In this document: piece by piece, positions 35,699 to 45,925 of the stretch | Layout: every line of letters starts with the position of its first letter | Position numbering within the stretch: the first letter of the stretch is position 1 | DNA from: Vicinamibacterales bacterium | GTDB lineage: Bacteria; Acidobacteriota; Vicinamibacteria; Vicinamibacterales; SCN-69-37 | NCBI GenBank assembly: GCA_036675475.1 | Contig: JAKFEY010000020.1 | Location: 6,274-70,273, forward strand | Direction: 5' to 3' | DNA: 64,000 bases | Program-made: the position numbers and the translations under genes | The notes under the pieces: generated by a model | The model's input: the letters and a program-made list of their open reading frames with translations, nothing else | Told to the model about the DNA's origin: nothing | The model's database searches: none

Positions 35699-37912
35699 AT
35701 GAACGCGCTCATTCGCCCTGACACGCTGTATGCGTGGTGCGGGCCGTCGCTGCTGATTGTGACGGCGCGGGGCGAGTGCAGCCATGGCTTCACCGGGTTC
35801 TATCATCGCGAAGCGCGGCACCTGCGCACGTGGCGGCTCGAGATTGACGGCGAGCCGCCGTGGCTGTGTGAAGCCGCGGCGGTGTCACCCGACACGCTCG
35901 ACTTCGCGTACACGTATCCCGAGATTGCGGAATACGGCGGCGGCGGCACCGGTCAGTCGGGCGACACCGAGCCCGAGAACGCGCGCGGCGTGCCGCAGCG
36001 CGCGCTGGATCTGCGCGTGCGCTACCGCGTCGAGCCGCTCGGACTCGCGATCACCGCAACCGTCGCCAATCGCAGCCGCCGGTCCCTGCAGTTCGAGATC
36101 GGCTGGGTGTTCGACGCGGACTTCGCCGACATCCAGGAAGCGCAGGGCGGCGCGCGCCGCCAGCACGCCGACACGCGCATCGACACGTCGCCCGACCGCG
36201 TCACCCTTTCGTATCTTCACGATCAGCTGCCGTATCGAACGGCGATTAGCTGCTCCGGCGGATGGCAGACGACTGACGATCGCGTCACGTCGCGCCTCGA
36301 TCTCGCGCCGGGCGCATCGCTCGACATTGCTCTCACCGTCATCCCCGCCCCGGCCGATCGCGCGCCGCTCACGCGCGCCGACAGCGATGCCCGCGCCGCG
36401 CACGTGCGCGCGTGGCTCGACAGCTTCACGCATATCACCGCGCCCGGCAATCGCCTGTTCGAGCGCGTGCTCGCCGGCAACGTGGGCGACGTCGCGTCGT
36501 TTCCGGCGCTCGACGGCGAGCGCGACGAGTGGCTCGCGCTGCAGGCCGGCATGCCGCTGTATCCCGCACTGTTCGGCCGCGACGCCATTACCGCCGGCTG
36601 GCAGGCCGCCTGCCTCGACCAGGGCGCCTCGCTCGACGCCGCCCTCACGCGCCTCGGCCGCCTGCAGACCACGCGCGACAGCGACTGGCGCGACGAGGAG
36701 CCCGGGCGCATTCCCTATCAGGTGCGCAGCGGCCCGCTCGCGCTGCTCGAGCTCAATCCCTACGCCGCCTACTACGCCGACTTCGCCAGCCCGCTGATGT
36801 TCGTCATCGCGCTCGCGAATCTCCACGCCTGGACCGGCGACACCGCATGCCTCGACCGTCACTGGGACACGGCGCGCCGCATTCTCGACTGGGCCGCGGA
36901 GCGCGGCGACGCCGACGGCGACGGCTATCTCGAATACCGCACGCGGTCGCGCGAAGGCACGAAGAACCAGGGATGGAAGGACAGCGGCGACGCCGTCGTG
37001 TATGACGATGGGTCGCCGGTGCCGGCACCGATTGCCACGTGCGAGCTGCAGGGCTATTGGTACGCGGCGCAGCAACTGTTCGGCGGACTGAACTGGGCGC
37101 GCGGCGCGCACGGCGACGCGCGCGCGTGGATGGCGTCGGCCGCCGATCTGAAGGCGCGATTCAATCGCGACTGGTGGGTCGAGTCCGAATCGTTCTTCGC
37201 GCTGGCGATGGATCCTGACAAGCGGCTGGTCGCCGCGCCGGGCTCGAACGTCGGGCACTGCCTCGCGGCCGGCATCATCGACGCCGATCATCTCGAGCGC
37301 GTCGTCGGCCGGCTCTTCGCGCCCGACCTGTTCAGCGGGTGGGGCGTCAGGACGCTGTCCGCCGATCATCCGTACTACAACCCGGTCAGCTATCACCGCG
37401 GCACGGTGTGGGCGGTGGAGCAGGCCACCATCCTGTTCGGGCTGCGGCGCTTCGGCTTCGACGCGCGCGTGCACGATCTCGCCGGCGCGATGTTCGAGCT
37501 GGCGCAGCTCTATCCCGAGTACCGCATTCCCGAGTGCGTCGGCGGCTATCCGCGCGCGGAGCATCCGACGCCGGGCGCGTACCCGCAGGCCAACACGCCG
37601 CAGCTGTGGAACGCGTCGGCGTTTCCGCTGATGGTGCAGACCCTGCTGGGCCTGCTGCCGCTCGCCCCCTACGGGCTGCTCGTGCTGGATCCGTCGCTGC
37701 CGGAATGGCTGCCCGAGATCGTGGTGCGGGATCTGCGCGTGGGCGCCGCGCGCGTGTCCCTGCGCTGCTGGCGCGACGCGGCCGGCCAGTCGCACTTCGA
37801 GGTGTTGCAGAAGCACGGCACCCTGCGGGTCGTCCGCCAGCCGCCGCCGGAGTCGCTGTTTGCGGGCGCGGGCGCGCGTCTCGGCGGCCTCGTCGAAACC
37901 GTGCTTGGGTAA
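35699..37912 (+). CDS. Amylo-alpha-1,6-glucosidase / glycogen debranching enzyme-like
   Basis: LFGRDA, EEPGRIP, DADGDGYLEY, NQGWKDSGD, ELQGY, SGWGVRTLS, YHRGTVW and PQLW. Confidence 0.9.
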   Translation: MNALIRPDTLYAWCGPSLLIVTARGECSHGFTGFYHREARHLRTWRLEIDGEPPWLCEAAAVSPDTLDFAYTYPEIAEYGGGGTGQSGDTEPENARGVPQRALDLRVRYRVEPLGLAITATVANRSRRSLQFEIGWVFDADFADIQEAQGGARRQHADTRIDTSPDRVTLSYLHDQLPYRTAISCSGGWQTTDDRVTSRLDLAPGASLDIALTVIPAPADRAPLTRADSDARAAHVRAWLDSFTHITAPGNRLFERVLAGNVGDVASFPALDGERDEWLALQAGMPLYPALFGRDAITAGWQAACLDQGASLDAALTRLGRLQTTRDSDWRDEEPGRIPYQVRSGPLALLELNPYAAYYADFASPLMFVIALANLHAWTGDTACLDRHWDTARRILDWAAERGDADGDGYLEYRTRSREGTKNQGWKDSGDAVVYDDGSPVPAPIATCELQGYWYAAQQLFGGLNWARGAHGDARAWMASAADLKARFNRDWWVESESFFALAMDPDKRLVAAPGSNVGHCLAAGIIDADHLERVVGRLFAPDLFSGWGVRTLSADHPYYNPVSYHRGTVWAVEQATILFGLRRFGFDARVHDLAGAMFELAQLYPEYRIPECVGGYPRAEHPTPGAYPQANTPQLWNASAFPLMVQTLLGLLPLAPYGLLVLDPSLPEWLPEIVVRDLRVGAARVSLRCWRDAAGQSHFEVLQKHGTLRVVRQPPPESLFAGAGARLGGLVETVLG

Positions 37913-37930
37913 TCGTCAAGGAGGAGAGTC

Positions 37931-38947
37931 ATGAGATTTCCCCTGAAGCCGCTGCGCGATCAGGTGATGGTGATCACCGGCGCGTCGAGCGGCATCGGCC
38001 TGGTCACGGCGAAAATGGCCGCGCGCCGCGGCGCGCGCGTGGTGCTGGCGGCCCGCAACGCACAGGCGCTGCGGCACGCGACGGGCGAGATTCGCGAGGC
38101 CGGCGGGCGCGCGGAACATGTCGCCGCCGACGTGGCCGATCCGCGCGAGATCGAGCGCATCGCCGAGGCGGCCGTTCAGGCCTTCGGCCGCATCGACACG
38201 TGGGTGAACAACGCCGCCGTGTCGATGTACGGCCGCATCATGGATCTGCCGGTCGAAGACATGCGGCGGCAGATGGACGTCAACTACTGGGGCCAGGTCT
38301 ACGGCTCGCGCGAAGCCGTGCGCCGCATGCAGCGTGACGGCGGCGCGCTCATCAACGTGGGCAGCGCGCTGTGTGACCGCGCCATCCCGCTGCAGGGCAA
38401 CTACTGCGCCGCCAAGCACGCGCTGAAAGCGTTCACCGACGCGCTGCGCATGGAGCTCGAAGACGCGCAGGTGCCCGTCTCGGTCACGCTGGTCAAGCCG
38501 GCCAGCGTCGACACGCCGTTCTTCGAGAAAGCCCGCACCTACCTCGGCGTCGAGCCGCAGCCGGTGCCTCCCGTCTACGCGCCCGAAGTGGTCGCCAACG
38601 TCATTCTGCACGCCGCGCAGCGTCCGCTCCGCGAGCTGATCGCCGGCGGCTCCGGCGCGAAACTCAGCGCCGCCCGCTTTGCGCCGCGCGCCGCCGATCT
38701 CTACATGGAGCGCTGGACGTTCGACTCGCAGGGCACCGACATGCCGGCCAACGGCCGTCCCGACAACCTCTACGAACCCGTCGTCGACGATGGGGGAGAG
38801 CGCGGACGGAACTGGAACGGGCATACGCGCGAGAGCAGCGCGTATACGAGCGCGTTCCTGCATCCACGCGCGTCGATGACACTTGTCGCCGGCCTCGCGC
38901 TTGCCGCCGGCCTGGGGAGGCGCTATGCGCAGCACCGCGAGTTATAA
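37931..38947 (+). CDS. SDR family oxidoreductase
   Basis: TGASSGIG, WVNNA, NVGS and YCAAKHA (YxxxK). Confidence 0.93.
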   Translation: MRFPLKPLRDQVMVITGASSGIGLVTAKMAARRGARVVLAARNAQALRHATGEIREAGGRAEHVAADVADPREIERIAEAAVQAFGRIDTWVNNAAVSMYGRIMDLPVEDMRRQMDVNYWGQVYGSREAVRRMQRDGGALINVGSALCDRAIPLQGNYCAAKHALKAFTDALRMELEDAQVPVSVTLVKPASVDTPFFEKARTYLGVEPQPVPPVYAPEVVANVILHAAQRPLRELIAGGSGAKLSAARFAPRAADLYMERWTFDSQGTDMPANGRPDNLYEPVVDDGGERGRNWNGHTRESSAYTSAFLHPRASMTLVAGLALAAGLGRRYAQHREL

Positions 38948-39719
38948 GGGGCATCCGCTTCATCCGGCGCTGATTCCGTTCCCGTTCGCGTTTCTGACGG
39001 GCGCGCTGCTGTTCGATGCCGCGGGCTGGATTCTCGGCGAGCCGTCGTTCACGGCCACGTCCCGCTATCTGACGTGGGCCGGCATTGCCGCGGGCCTGCT
39101 GGCGGCCGTGCCCGGCCTCATCGACTATCGCCGCACGGTGCCGCCCGACAGCTCCGCGAAGAAGCGCGCGCGGAAGCACGGGCTGCTGAATACGATCGCG
39201 CTCGTGCTGTTCGGCATCTCGCTGGCGCTGCGCGGCGGCGACGCGTATCCGGTACCGGCCGCGCTCGTCTTTGAAGTGGCCGGGGCGGCGGCACTCGGCT
39301 ACGCGGGCTGGCTCGGCGGCGTGCTGGTCAACCGCAACATGATTGGCGTCGATCACCGCTACGCGAACGCCGGCAAATGGAAAGAGGCGGACGTCGACGC
39401 CGCCGGCGGCGTGATCGATGCGGCAACGGAAGACGAACTGCAGGAGGGGCAGATGAAGCTGCTGCACGCCGCGGGGCGCCGCATCGTGCTTGGGCGCACG
39501 TCGAAGGGCTATGTGGCGTTCGACGATCGCTGCACGCATCGCGGCGGATCGCTCGCGGGCGGCGTGCTCATCGGCAGCACGGTGCAGTGCCTGTGGCACG
39601 GCTCCCAGTTCGATGTCGAGTCGGGCGGCGTCAGGTGCGGGCCCGCGTCCGCGCCCATTCGGGCCTATCCGGTCGACGTGGAGAAGGGCCGCGTGCGCAT
39701 CCAGCTCGGCCATTCCTAA
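38925..39719 (+). CDS. DUF2231 membrane domain fused to a Rieske [2Fe-2S] domain
   Basis: GHPLHPALIPFP, GWLGG.LV, RCTHRGGSL and VQCLWHGSQFD; RBS GGGAGG before ATG 38925. Confidence 0.88.
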   Translation: MRSTASYKGHPLHPALIPFPFAFLTGALLFDAAGWILGEPSFTATSRYLTWAGIAAGLLAAVPGLIDYRRTVPPDSSAKKRARKHGLLNTIALVLFGISLALRGGDAYPVPAALVFEVAGAAALGYAGWLGGVLVNRNMIGVDHRYANAGKWKEADVDAAGGVIDAATEDELQEGQMKLLHAAGRRIVLGRTSKGYVAFDDRCTHRGGSLAGGVLIGSTVQCLWHGSQFDVESGGVRCGPASAPIRAYPVDVEKGRVRIQLGHS

Positions 39720-39737
39720 GCCCGGCTGTGCGATCCG

Positions 39738-40418
39738 GTGTCTTTTGTGCATGGGCTCCCGGAGATGGGCCTTTCACTCAAGTACCGTTTCGCTGGCTGT
39801 GCCGCGGCCGCTCTGCTGACGGCCGGCGGCTGCAACCGCAACGACACACCGCCGCCGCCGGAGGCCACGTCCGCGTCGCCCGCGACCGCGGCCGACACCG
39901 AGCGGGTGGTCGGGCCGCTCAGCCCCGCCGACGCCGAGGCGCTGGCGACGATGAACGATCGCCTGCGCGCCTACATCGACATCCACCGCGAGATCGAAGG
40001 CACGCTGCCGAAGCTGCCCGACGCGGCGACGCCCGAGCAGATCGACAGGAATCAGCGAGAGCTGGAGCGCAAGATGCGGGAACGGCGCGCCTCCGCAAAA
40101 CCTGGCGATCTGTTCACGCCCCAGGCGCAGCCCGTCATCAAGCGTCTGCTGGCGCAGGTGTTTGACGGCCCGGGCGGCAGGGCGCTGAAGGCGTCGATCA
40201 TGGACGAGAACCCGGTCGATCTCGCCAGCTACAAGCTCGCGGTCAACGCGCGCTATCCCGACGCCGTGCCGGTGAGCACCGTGCCGCCCGACGTGCTGCA
40301 GACGCTGCCGAAACTCAGCGAGGACCTCGAGTATCGCTTCATTGGCGACGCGCTGATTCTGCTCGACGTCCACGCGCACATCATTGCGGACTTCATCGAA
40401 CATGCGATACCTGAATAA
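39738..40418 (+). CDS. Hypothetical lipoprotein
   Basis: Lipobox-like TAGGC; C-terminal LPKL.EDLEYRFIG..LILLD; alternative ATG at 39765. Confidence 0.72.
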   Translation: MSFVHGLPEMGLSLKYRFAGCAAAALLTAGGCNRNDTPPPPEATSASPATAADTERVVGPLSPADAEALATMNDRLRAYIDIHREIEGTLPKLPDAATPEQIDRNQRELERKMRERRASAKPGDLFTPQAQPVIKRLLAQVFDGPGGRALKASIMDENPVDLASYKLAVNARYPDAVPVSTVPPDVLQTLPKLSEDLEYRFIGDALILLDVHAHIIADFIEHAIPE

Positions 40419-41388
40419 GCGCGCGATCGCGACACTCCTGGTGACCGCCGCGGCCGGCGGATTCTCAGCCGGATGCCGCAACAGCCATGCCGACGAGCAA
40501 CGTCTCGTCAAGGCGCCCGAAGAGGCGCTGGTGGCGCTGCCGAACCGCGACGGCTCATTCAAATTCGGCGTGCTCGGCGATTTCGGGACGGGCGATCGCG
40601 ATCAGTACGAAATGGCGGAGCAGATGGCCGCGCTGCAGTCGCGGTTCAAGTTCGAGACCATCGTGCTGGTCGGCGACAACCTGTACGGATCCGAACGGCC
40701 CCAGGACTTCCGCAACAAGTTCGAGCTGCCGTACAAGACGCTGCTCGATCGCGGCGTGAAGTTCTACGCGTCGCTCGGCAACCACGACTCGCGCGAGCAG
40801 CGCTACTACAAGCTGTTCAACATGGACGGCAAGCTCTATTACACCTTCAACCCCGCGGCGGACGTGCGGTTCTTCGCGTTCGAGAGCACGTATCCCGAGC
40901 CCGAGCAGATTGCATGGCTGGCGAAGGAACTGGAGAACTCGACCAGCAAGTGGAAGATCCCGTTCTTCCACCACCCGCTCTATTCATCCGGCGGGCGCCA
41001 TGGGTCGGACATCCGCCTGCGCAAGGTGCTCGAGCCGCTGTTCGTGAAGCACAACGTCAGCGTCGTGCTGACGGGCCACGATCATTTCTACGAGCGCACC
41101 AAGCCGCAGAACGGGATCACGTACTTCGTGGTGGGCGCCGGCGGCAAGCTGCGCGACGGCGACATCGACACGCGCTCGGGCCTGACCGCGAAAGGCTTCG
41201 ACCGCGACCTGACGTTCATGGCCGCCGAGATCATCGGCGATCAGATGTATTTCAACGTGATTTCCCGCACCGGGCAGATCATCGACTCGGGCATCATCAC
41301 GCGCCGCGGCATCGAGACAGCGTCGCCGCCGGCGCCGCTGTCCGGCACGACGCCGCCCGCAGGCGCTACGCCGCCGGCAGGCGGATGA
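40402..41388 (+). CDS. Calcineurin-like metallophosphoesterase (lipoprotein)
   Basis: GDFG, VGDNLY, LGNHD, FHHP and GHDH.Y. Confidence 0.92.
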   Translation: MRYLNKRAIATLLVTAAAGGFSAGCRNSHADEQRLVKAPEEALVALPNRDGSFKFGVLGDFGTGDRDQYEMAEQMAALQSRFKFETIVLVGDNLYGSERPQDFRNKFELPYKTLLDRGVKFYASLGNHDSREQRYYKLFNMDGKLYYTFNPAADVRFFAFESTYPEPEQIAWLAKELENSTSKWKIPFFHHPLYSSGGRHGSDIRLRKVLEPLFVKHNVSVVLTGHDHFYERTKPQNGITYFVVGAGGKLRDGDIDTRSGLTAKGFDRDLTFMAAEIIGDQMYFNVISRTGQIIDSGIITRRGIETASPPAPLSGTTPPAGATPPAGG

Positions 41389-42469
41389 TGAATTCCGCGC
41401 CGCGCCCGATGCCCGCGCTGCGCGCTTCCACCCGTCCGCCATGCATTTCGACGATGGCCTTGACGAGAGAGAGGCCGAGGCCGAGGCCGCCTTCCGACGC
41501 GTACCGGGATGAGCCAATCTGCACGAAGCGCTGGAAAATGACGTCGAGCATGTCAGGTGAGATGCCCACGCCCTGATCGCGCACGTTGATCACGGCATCC
41601 GCGCCCTCGACCCGCGCCGACAAATCGATCACGCCGCCTTCGTCCATGTACTTCGACGCGTTGTTGAGCAGGTTGCAGAGGGCCTGCACCAGACGGGTGA
41701 GGTCGCCCGTCAGCCGCACATCCCGCTCCGGCATGCTGACGTTCAGCACATGACGCCGGCGGTTCACCGAGGGGCCGCAGGCTTCGACGGCCTGCGTGAT
41801 GACGGACGCGAGCGAGATGTCCTTGCGCTCGATATCCAGCTTGCCGGCGTTGATGCGGCCCACATCCATCAGGTCGTCGACGATTTTCGTGACCTGCGAC
41901 GCCTGGCGCACGATCGTCTCGCGCGCGCGCCGCAGCTTGGGATCGTCGGGGCCGGTCATCTCCAGGAATTTTGCGGCGGCAAGGATGGCGGCCAGCGGAT
42001 TGCGCAGCTCGTGGCCGAGAATCGCGAGGAAGTCATCCTTGCGGCGATCGGCGTCGCGGAGAGCGTCTTCCATCTGCCGCCGTTCGGTGACGTCCATCGT
42101 CACGCCGACCATCCGGTTGCCCGCGATGACGCGGCCGCGGATGAGCAGCCAGTGGTGCGTGCCGTCGGGCCAGGTGTTGGGCACCTCCGCCTGGAATTCG
42201 TCCCCTGCCTTGCGCGCGTCGCCGATCGCCTTCACGAAGCCGGGCCGCGCCGGCTCATCGATGGTGCCGATGACGTCGCGTTCGAGCGAGAGGCCCGACG
42301 AGGGCGGCAGGCCGTGGTTGGCCTTGCACTGGTCGCTGGCCGTCAGTTCGCGGGTCTCGAGATCCAGCTGCCAGGACCCGAGCCCCGCAGCCTCGGCGGC
42401 CAGCGCGAAGCGCTCGTCGTCGCTCGCAACGGCCGGCCGTGCGGCCGCACTCGATGGCTGTCGCGTCAT
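41366..42469 (-). CDS. PAS-domain sensor histidine kinase (no receiver domain)
   Basis: PAS/PAC, FLAILGHELRNPL, NLLNNASKY, DQGVGI and GLGLGL. Confidence 0.9.
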   Translation of the reverse strand: MTRQPSSAAARPAVASDDERFALAAEAAGLGSWQLDLETRELTASDQCKANHGLPPSSGLSLERDVIGTIDEPARPGFVKAIGDARKAGDEFQAEVPNTWPDGTHHWLLIRGRVIAGNRMVGVTMDVTERRQMEDALRDADRRKDDFLAILGHELRNPLAAILAAAKFLEMTGPDDPKLRRARETIVRQASQVTKIVDDLMDVGRINAGKLDIERKDISLASVITQAVEACGPSVNRRRHVLNVSMPERDVRLTGDLTRLVQALCNLLNNASKYMDEGGVIDLSARVEGADAVINVRDQGVGISPDMLDVIFQRFVQIGSSRYASEGGLGLGLSLVKAIVEMHGGRVEARSAGIGRGAEFIIRLPAA

Positions 42470-42544
42470 CTGCGTATCCTGTCTTGGGAGCCGGATTCCG
42501 TACCATACGCCCGGGCGGCTGGGTTGGCAAGGAAGGCGTCGCAC

Positions 42545-42580
42545 AAAAAAAGGACGCCTCCCCCGGAGGGGAGGCGTCCT
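42545..42580 (-). terminator. Intrinsic terminator of the TonB-dependent receptor gene
   Basis: AGGACGCCTCCCC/GGGGAGGCGTCCT hairpin followed by a T-run on the minus strand. Confidence 0.85.
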
Positions 42581-42591
42581 GGTGTGCGTGA

Positions 42592-42616
42592 CGCGGGCCC
42601 TGAAGGGCCGCGCCGC
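42592..42616 (-). repeat. REP-like palindrome
   Basis: Minus strand reads GCGG-CGCGGCCC-TTCA-GGGCCCGCG, directly after the receptor stop codon. Confidence 0.72.
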
Positions 42617-45600
42617 CTAATTGAACGTGTAGCGGAAGCCGAAGCGGATCTGCCACACGTCGCCGAGGCCCGACGTGGGCTCGTACGACTTCGACATCAG
42701 GGCGCCGTCGACGACGCGCATGCGATAGAGCATGCGGCCCTGGCTGTCGACGCTCGCGGTGCTGGCCGGGTTGAGCGGCCGGTTGTCCACGAGACGCTGG
42801 CCGACGCCCCACTCGCTGTTGAGCAGGTTGCCGACGTTGATCATGTCCACGCGGAACTGCAGGCCATGGCGGGCCTTGCCGAGCTCGCGGAAGATGTCCT
42901 GCGCCACCGAGAGGTCGGCGCGGGTGACCATCGGCAGGAACACGGCGCCGCGCTTGGCGTACTCGCCGCGGTGCTCGCTCAGGTACGGGTCCTGCGCGAT
43001 GAAGGCGTCCCACGCCGCCGCCTGCTGCTCGGCCGTGTAGGTGACGCCACCCGACGTGAACGTCTGGAAGTTCATTTCCGACGTGTCGCGGTGGACGTAG
43101 ATCAGGTCGTTGCTCGTGCCGCCGTCGCCGTTCATGTCGCCGCCGAAGACGAACGACGTCTGGCCGCCCGTGCGGCGCTCGAGATAGAGCGACACGGTGG
43201 TGGCGCCGAAGCTCAGATACTCCTTCGAGTACGAGATCGCGCCGAACAGGCGATGGCCGGCCATCGCCGCCGCGTAGCCGAGGCCCGGGTTGTTCGGGTC
43301 GCCGGCGTGCTGGTTGTTGTTCCACGAGCCGAAGGCGATCGAACCCGGATCCACCGTGTTCTCGGCCTCGCCGTAGCTGTAGGCCGCCTTGAAGAACAGG
43401 CCCTTGTTGAACGTGCGCGTCACCGACGCGGCCAGGTTCCACGCGCGGCCGACGTTCTGGTTCTTCATCACGATGTTGTTCGTGATGTTGCAGTTGATGC
43501 GCTGCTGCGTGCCCGACACCGTCGGACAGTTGTCGGTCGACCAGCGCGGGCGCGCGTCCGCGCCGGCGAACGTCCCGTCTGCATCGTCGAGGTTGGCGTC
43601 GATGTAGTAGACGCCGTTGACGTCGCGGCTGTAGATGAACTCCGCGGTGCCGGTCAGGCCCCAGGGCAGCTTGTGGTCGACCGCGAGGTTCGTTCTCCAG
43701 ACCTGCGGGAACTTGAAGTCCGGGTCGGTCACGGCCAGGCCCGTGCTGGTGGCCGGTTCGCCGGTGACCGTCGCGGGCTTGTAGTGATCGGGATTCGGGT
43801 TGAACGGGCGCGTGCGCACGCGGTCGATCGACTCGAAGCCGGTGAGCATGCCGTTCTCGCCAATCTGGTTCGAGATCCAGACGTAGGCGGGCGGGCCCGT
43901 GAAGATGCCCGTGCCGCCGCGCAGCTGCGTGCCGCGCTCTTCGTTGAGCGACCAGTTGAAGCCGACCCGCGGCGACCACAGGATGGCCGCGTCGGGCAGC
44001 TTCTCGGTCTGGTACTGCACCGAGGCGCCCGTCTCGTCGCGGAACGTCAGGGCGTTCGCGATGGGGTTGGCGAAGCCGGTTTCGGCGAAGAACGGCACGT
44101 CGATGCGCACGCCGAGCGTGACCGACAGGTCCGAGCGCGGACGCCAGTCGTCCTGCGCGTACGCGCCGAAGTAGTTCACTTCGAGCGGCTGAACCGGCTT
44201 CTCCATGCCCGGGATGTTCGCCCAGCGCACCTGGAAGCGCCGCAGCTCCACCGGCGACGTCGTCCGGTTCGGGTTGGCGAGGAAGTCGTTCGCGTCGGTG
44301 TAGAAGTCGGCGAGCGAGTTATACACGTAGGCGCTCTGCGAGCCGGGGAAGAACACGTTCTCGGACTCGTAGCGCTGGAACGAGACGCCGCCGACCAGGG
44401 AGTGGTTCTCCATGAACTTGGTGACATCGTCCTTGATGAACAGCGACTTGTAGCGCAGCTCGTTGTTCGGCGTGAACGGCTCCGAGCCGAACGTCGTGTA
44501 GACGGTGCCGCCCTCGAGGATGTCGACCATCGGGAACAGGTTCTCGATCGCGCCCCGGCTTTCGTCGTGATAGCTGTAGCTGACGAGCAGGTTGTTCGCG
44601 ATCGTGTCGCTCCAGATCGAGTTCCACTCGCCGGCGCCCGAGCGGATGTTCTCGAGAATCGTGTAGTTCGAGTTCTCGAAGTTCAGGCCGGTCGTGTTCG
44701 AGCGGCGCGATCCGAAGCCGAGCGACGACGAGTTGGAGACGAGCACGTCGGTGTCGGAATTGAGGTGGTTGTACCGGAACGTGAACTTGTTGTTGTTGTT
44801 CAGGTTGTAGTCCGACTTGATCAGGAAGCGCATCGCCGGCGTTTCGCCCGGATAGTCCTGATAGCCGCCCGTCGTGTAGTTGAAGTTGGTGGCGAGGAAT
44901 GACGAGAGCGCGTCGAGGTCGGACTTGAGCACGCGCGTCACCTGGCCGCCGACCGGCTCGCCGCCGTTGTTGGCGCGGAACGTCGTGCCGGGACGCGAGT
45001 CGAGCTCGTTCTCGTAGTTGCCGAAGAAGAACAGCTTGTTCTGGACGATGGGGCCCGAGACCCAGCCGCCGGTGTTGCGGAACGTGAACTCGCCCGGGTT
45101 GAACTCGTTCGGGCCGGCTTCGGTGCCCACGAGGCTGTCGTTGCGCATCTCGTGGAAGAGCATGCCGCGGAACTGGTTCGTGCCGCTGCGCGTGACGCTG
45201 TTGACGCCGGCGCCGATGAAGTTGCCCTGCCGCACGTCGTAGGGCGCGATGTTGACCTGCACCTGTTCGATGGCGTTGAGCGAGATGGGCGCGACACCGG
45301 TGCGATCGCCGGGCTGGCCCGCGAGACCGAACGAGTTGTTGAACGCCGAGCCGTCGACCGTGATGTTGTTGAGGCGGTTGTCGACGCCGCCAAACTGCAT
45401 GTTGCCGCCCGACTGGGGCGTGAGACGCGTGACCGACTCGAGCCGGTTCGAGAGGTTGGGCAGCGTCGAGATTTCCTGCCGCGAGATCTGCGTCGCCGCG
45501 CCGGTGCGGTTGGACGAGAACACGGGGTCGAGCGTGCCGCTGACGGTCACCGATTCGGTCACCGTGATCGGCGTGACCTTGAACTCGAGGTCCGTGGACA

Positions 45601-45925
45601 CACCGAGGTTGACGGTCACATCGTCTTTGGTCTGCGGTTCGAACGCCGCGCCGGTGCCCGAGTGGGCGACCGTCACCGAGTACGGGCCGCCGACGCGCAT
45701 GCCCGGAATCGAGAAGCGGCCGTCAGCGCGCGACGTGGCTTCGTAGGTCGTGCCCGAGGGCAGGTGGATGGCAATCACGCTGGCGCCTTCGACGGGCTGG
45801 CCCTGCGCGTTGACGACCGTGCCGCCGAGGGCGCCGGTGGTCACGCCCTGCGCTGAAGCGTGAGCCGTCGGCCACACCAAAGCGCAGAACGCGAGAAAAC
45901 TAAGCGTTCTAACAATGCGATTCAT
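42617..45925 (-). CDS. Oar-like TonB-dependent receptor with N-terminal carboxypeptidase-regulatory-like domain
   Basis: Signal peptide, G.FSIPGMRVGGPYSVT, NNITVDG..FNNSFGL, PYDVRQGNF.GA.VN.VTRSGTN, SPRVGFNW, and C-terminal RFGFRYTFN. Confidence 0.93.
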   Translation of the reverse strand: MNRIVRTLSFLAFCALVWPTAHASAQGVTTGALGGTVVNAQGQPVEGASVIAIHLPSGTTYEATSRADGRFSIPGMRVGGPYSVTVAHSGTGAAFEPQTKDDVTVNLGVSTDLEFKVTPITVTESVTVSGTLDPVFSSNRTGAATQISRQEISTLPNLSNRLESVTRLTPQSGGNMQFGGVDNRLNNITVDGSAFNNSFGLAGQPGDRTGVAPISLNAIEQVQVNIAPYDVRQGNFIGAGVNSVTRSGTNQFRGMLFHEMRNDSLVGTEAGPNEFNPGEFTFRNTGGWVSGPIVQNKLFFFGNYENELDSRPGTTFRANNGGEPVGGQVTRVLKSDLDALSSFLATNFNYTTGGYQDYPGETPAMRFLIKSDYNLNNNNKFTFRYNHLNSDTDVLVSNSSSLGFGSRRSNTTGLNFENSNYTILENIRSGAGEWNSIWSDTIANNLLVSYSYHDESRGAIENLFPMVDILEGGTVYTTFGSEPFTPNNELRYKSLFIKDDVTKFMENHSLVGGVSFQRYESENVFFPGSQSAYVYNSLADFYTDANDFLANPNRTTSPVELRRFQVRWANIPGMEKPVQPLEVNYFGAYAQDDWRPRSDLSVTLGVRIDVPFFAETGFANPIANALTFRDETGASVQYQTEKLPDAAILWSPRVGFNWSLNEERGTQLRGGTGIFTGPPAYVWISNQIGENGMLTGFESIDRVRTRPFNPNPDHYKPATVTGEPATSTGLAVTDPDFKFPQVWRTNLAVDHKLPWGLTGTAEFIYSRDVNGVYYIDANLDDADGTFAGADARPRWSTDNCPTVSGTQQRINCNITNNIVMKNQNVGRAWNLAASVTRTFNKGLFFKAAYSYGEAENTVDPGSIAFGSWNNNQHAGDPNNPGLGYAAAMAGHRLFGAISYSKEYLSFGATTVSLYLERRTGGQTSFVFGGDMNGDGGTSNDLIYVHRDTSEMNFQTFTSGGVTYTAEQQAAAWDAFIAQDPYLSEHRGEYAKRGAVFLPMVTRADLSVAQDIFRELGKARHGLQFRVDMINVGNLLNSEWGVGQRLVDNRPLNPASTASVDSQGRMLYRMRVVDGALMSKSYEPTSGLGDVWQIRFGFRYTFN

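Noticed and set aside
35885-37816. 643-aa minus-strand ORF, and similar long Arg/Ala-rich ORFs (418..2016, 11183..12700, 52174..53934, 54817..57264)
   Set aside because: Each lies opposite a well-supported gene; low-complexity translation typical of high-GC shadows.
41750-44902. 1050-aa plus-strand ORF
   Set aside because: Antisense shadow of the TonB-dependent receptor and kinase genes, caused by GC3 bias; no recognisable motifs.
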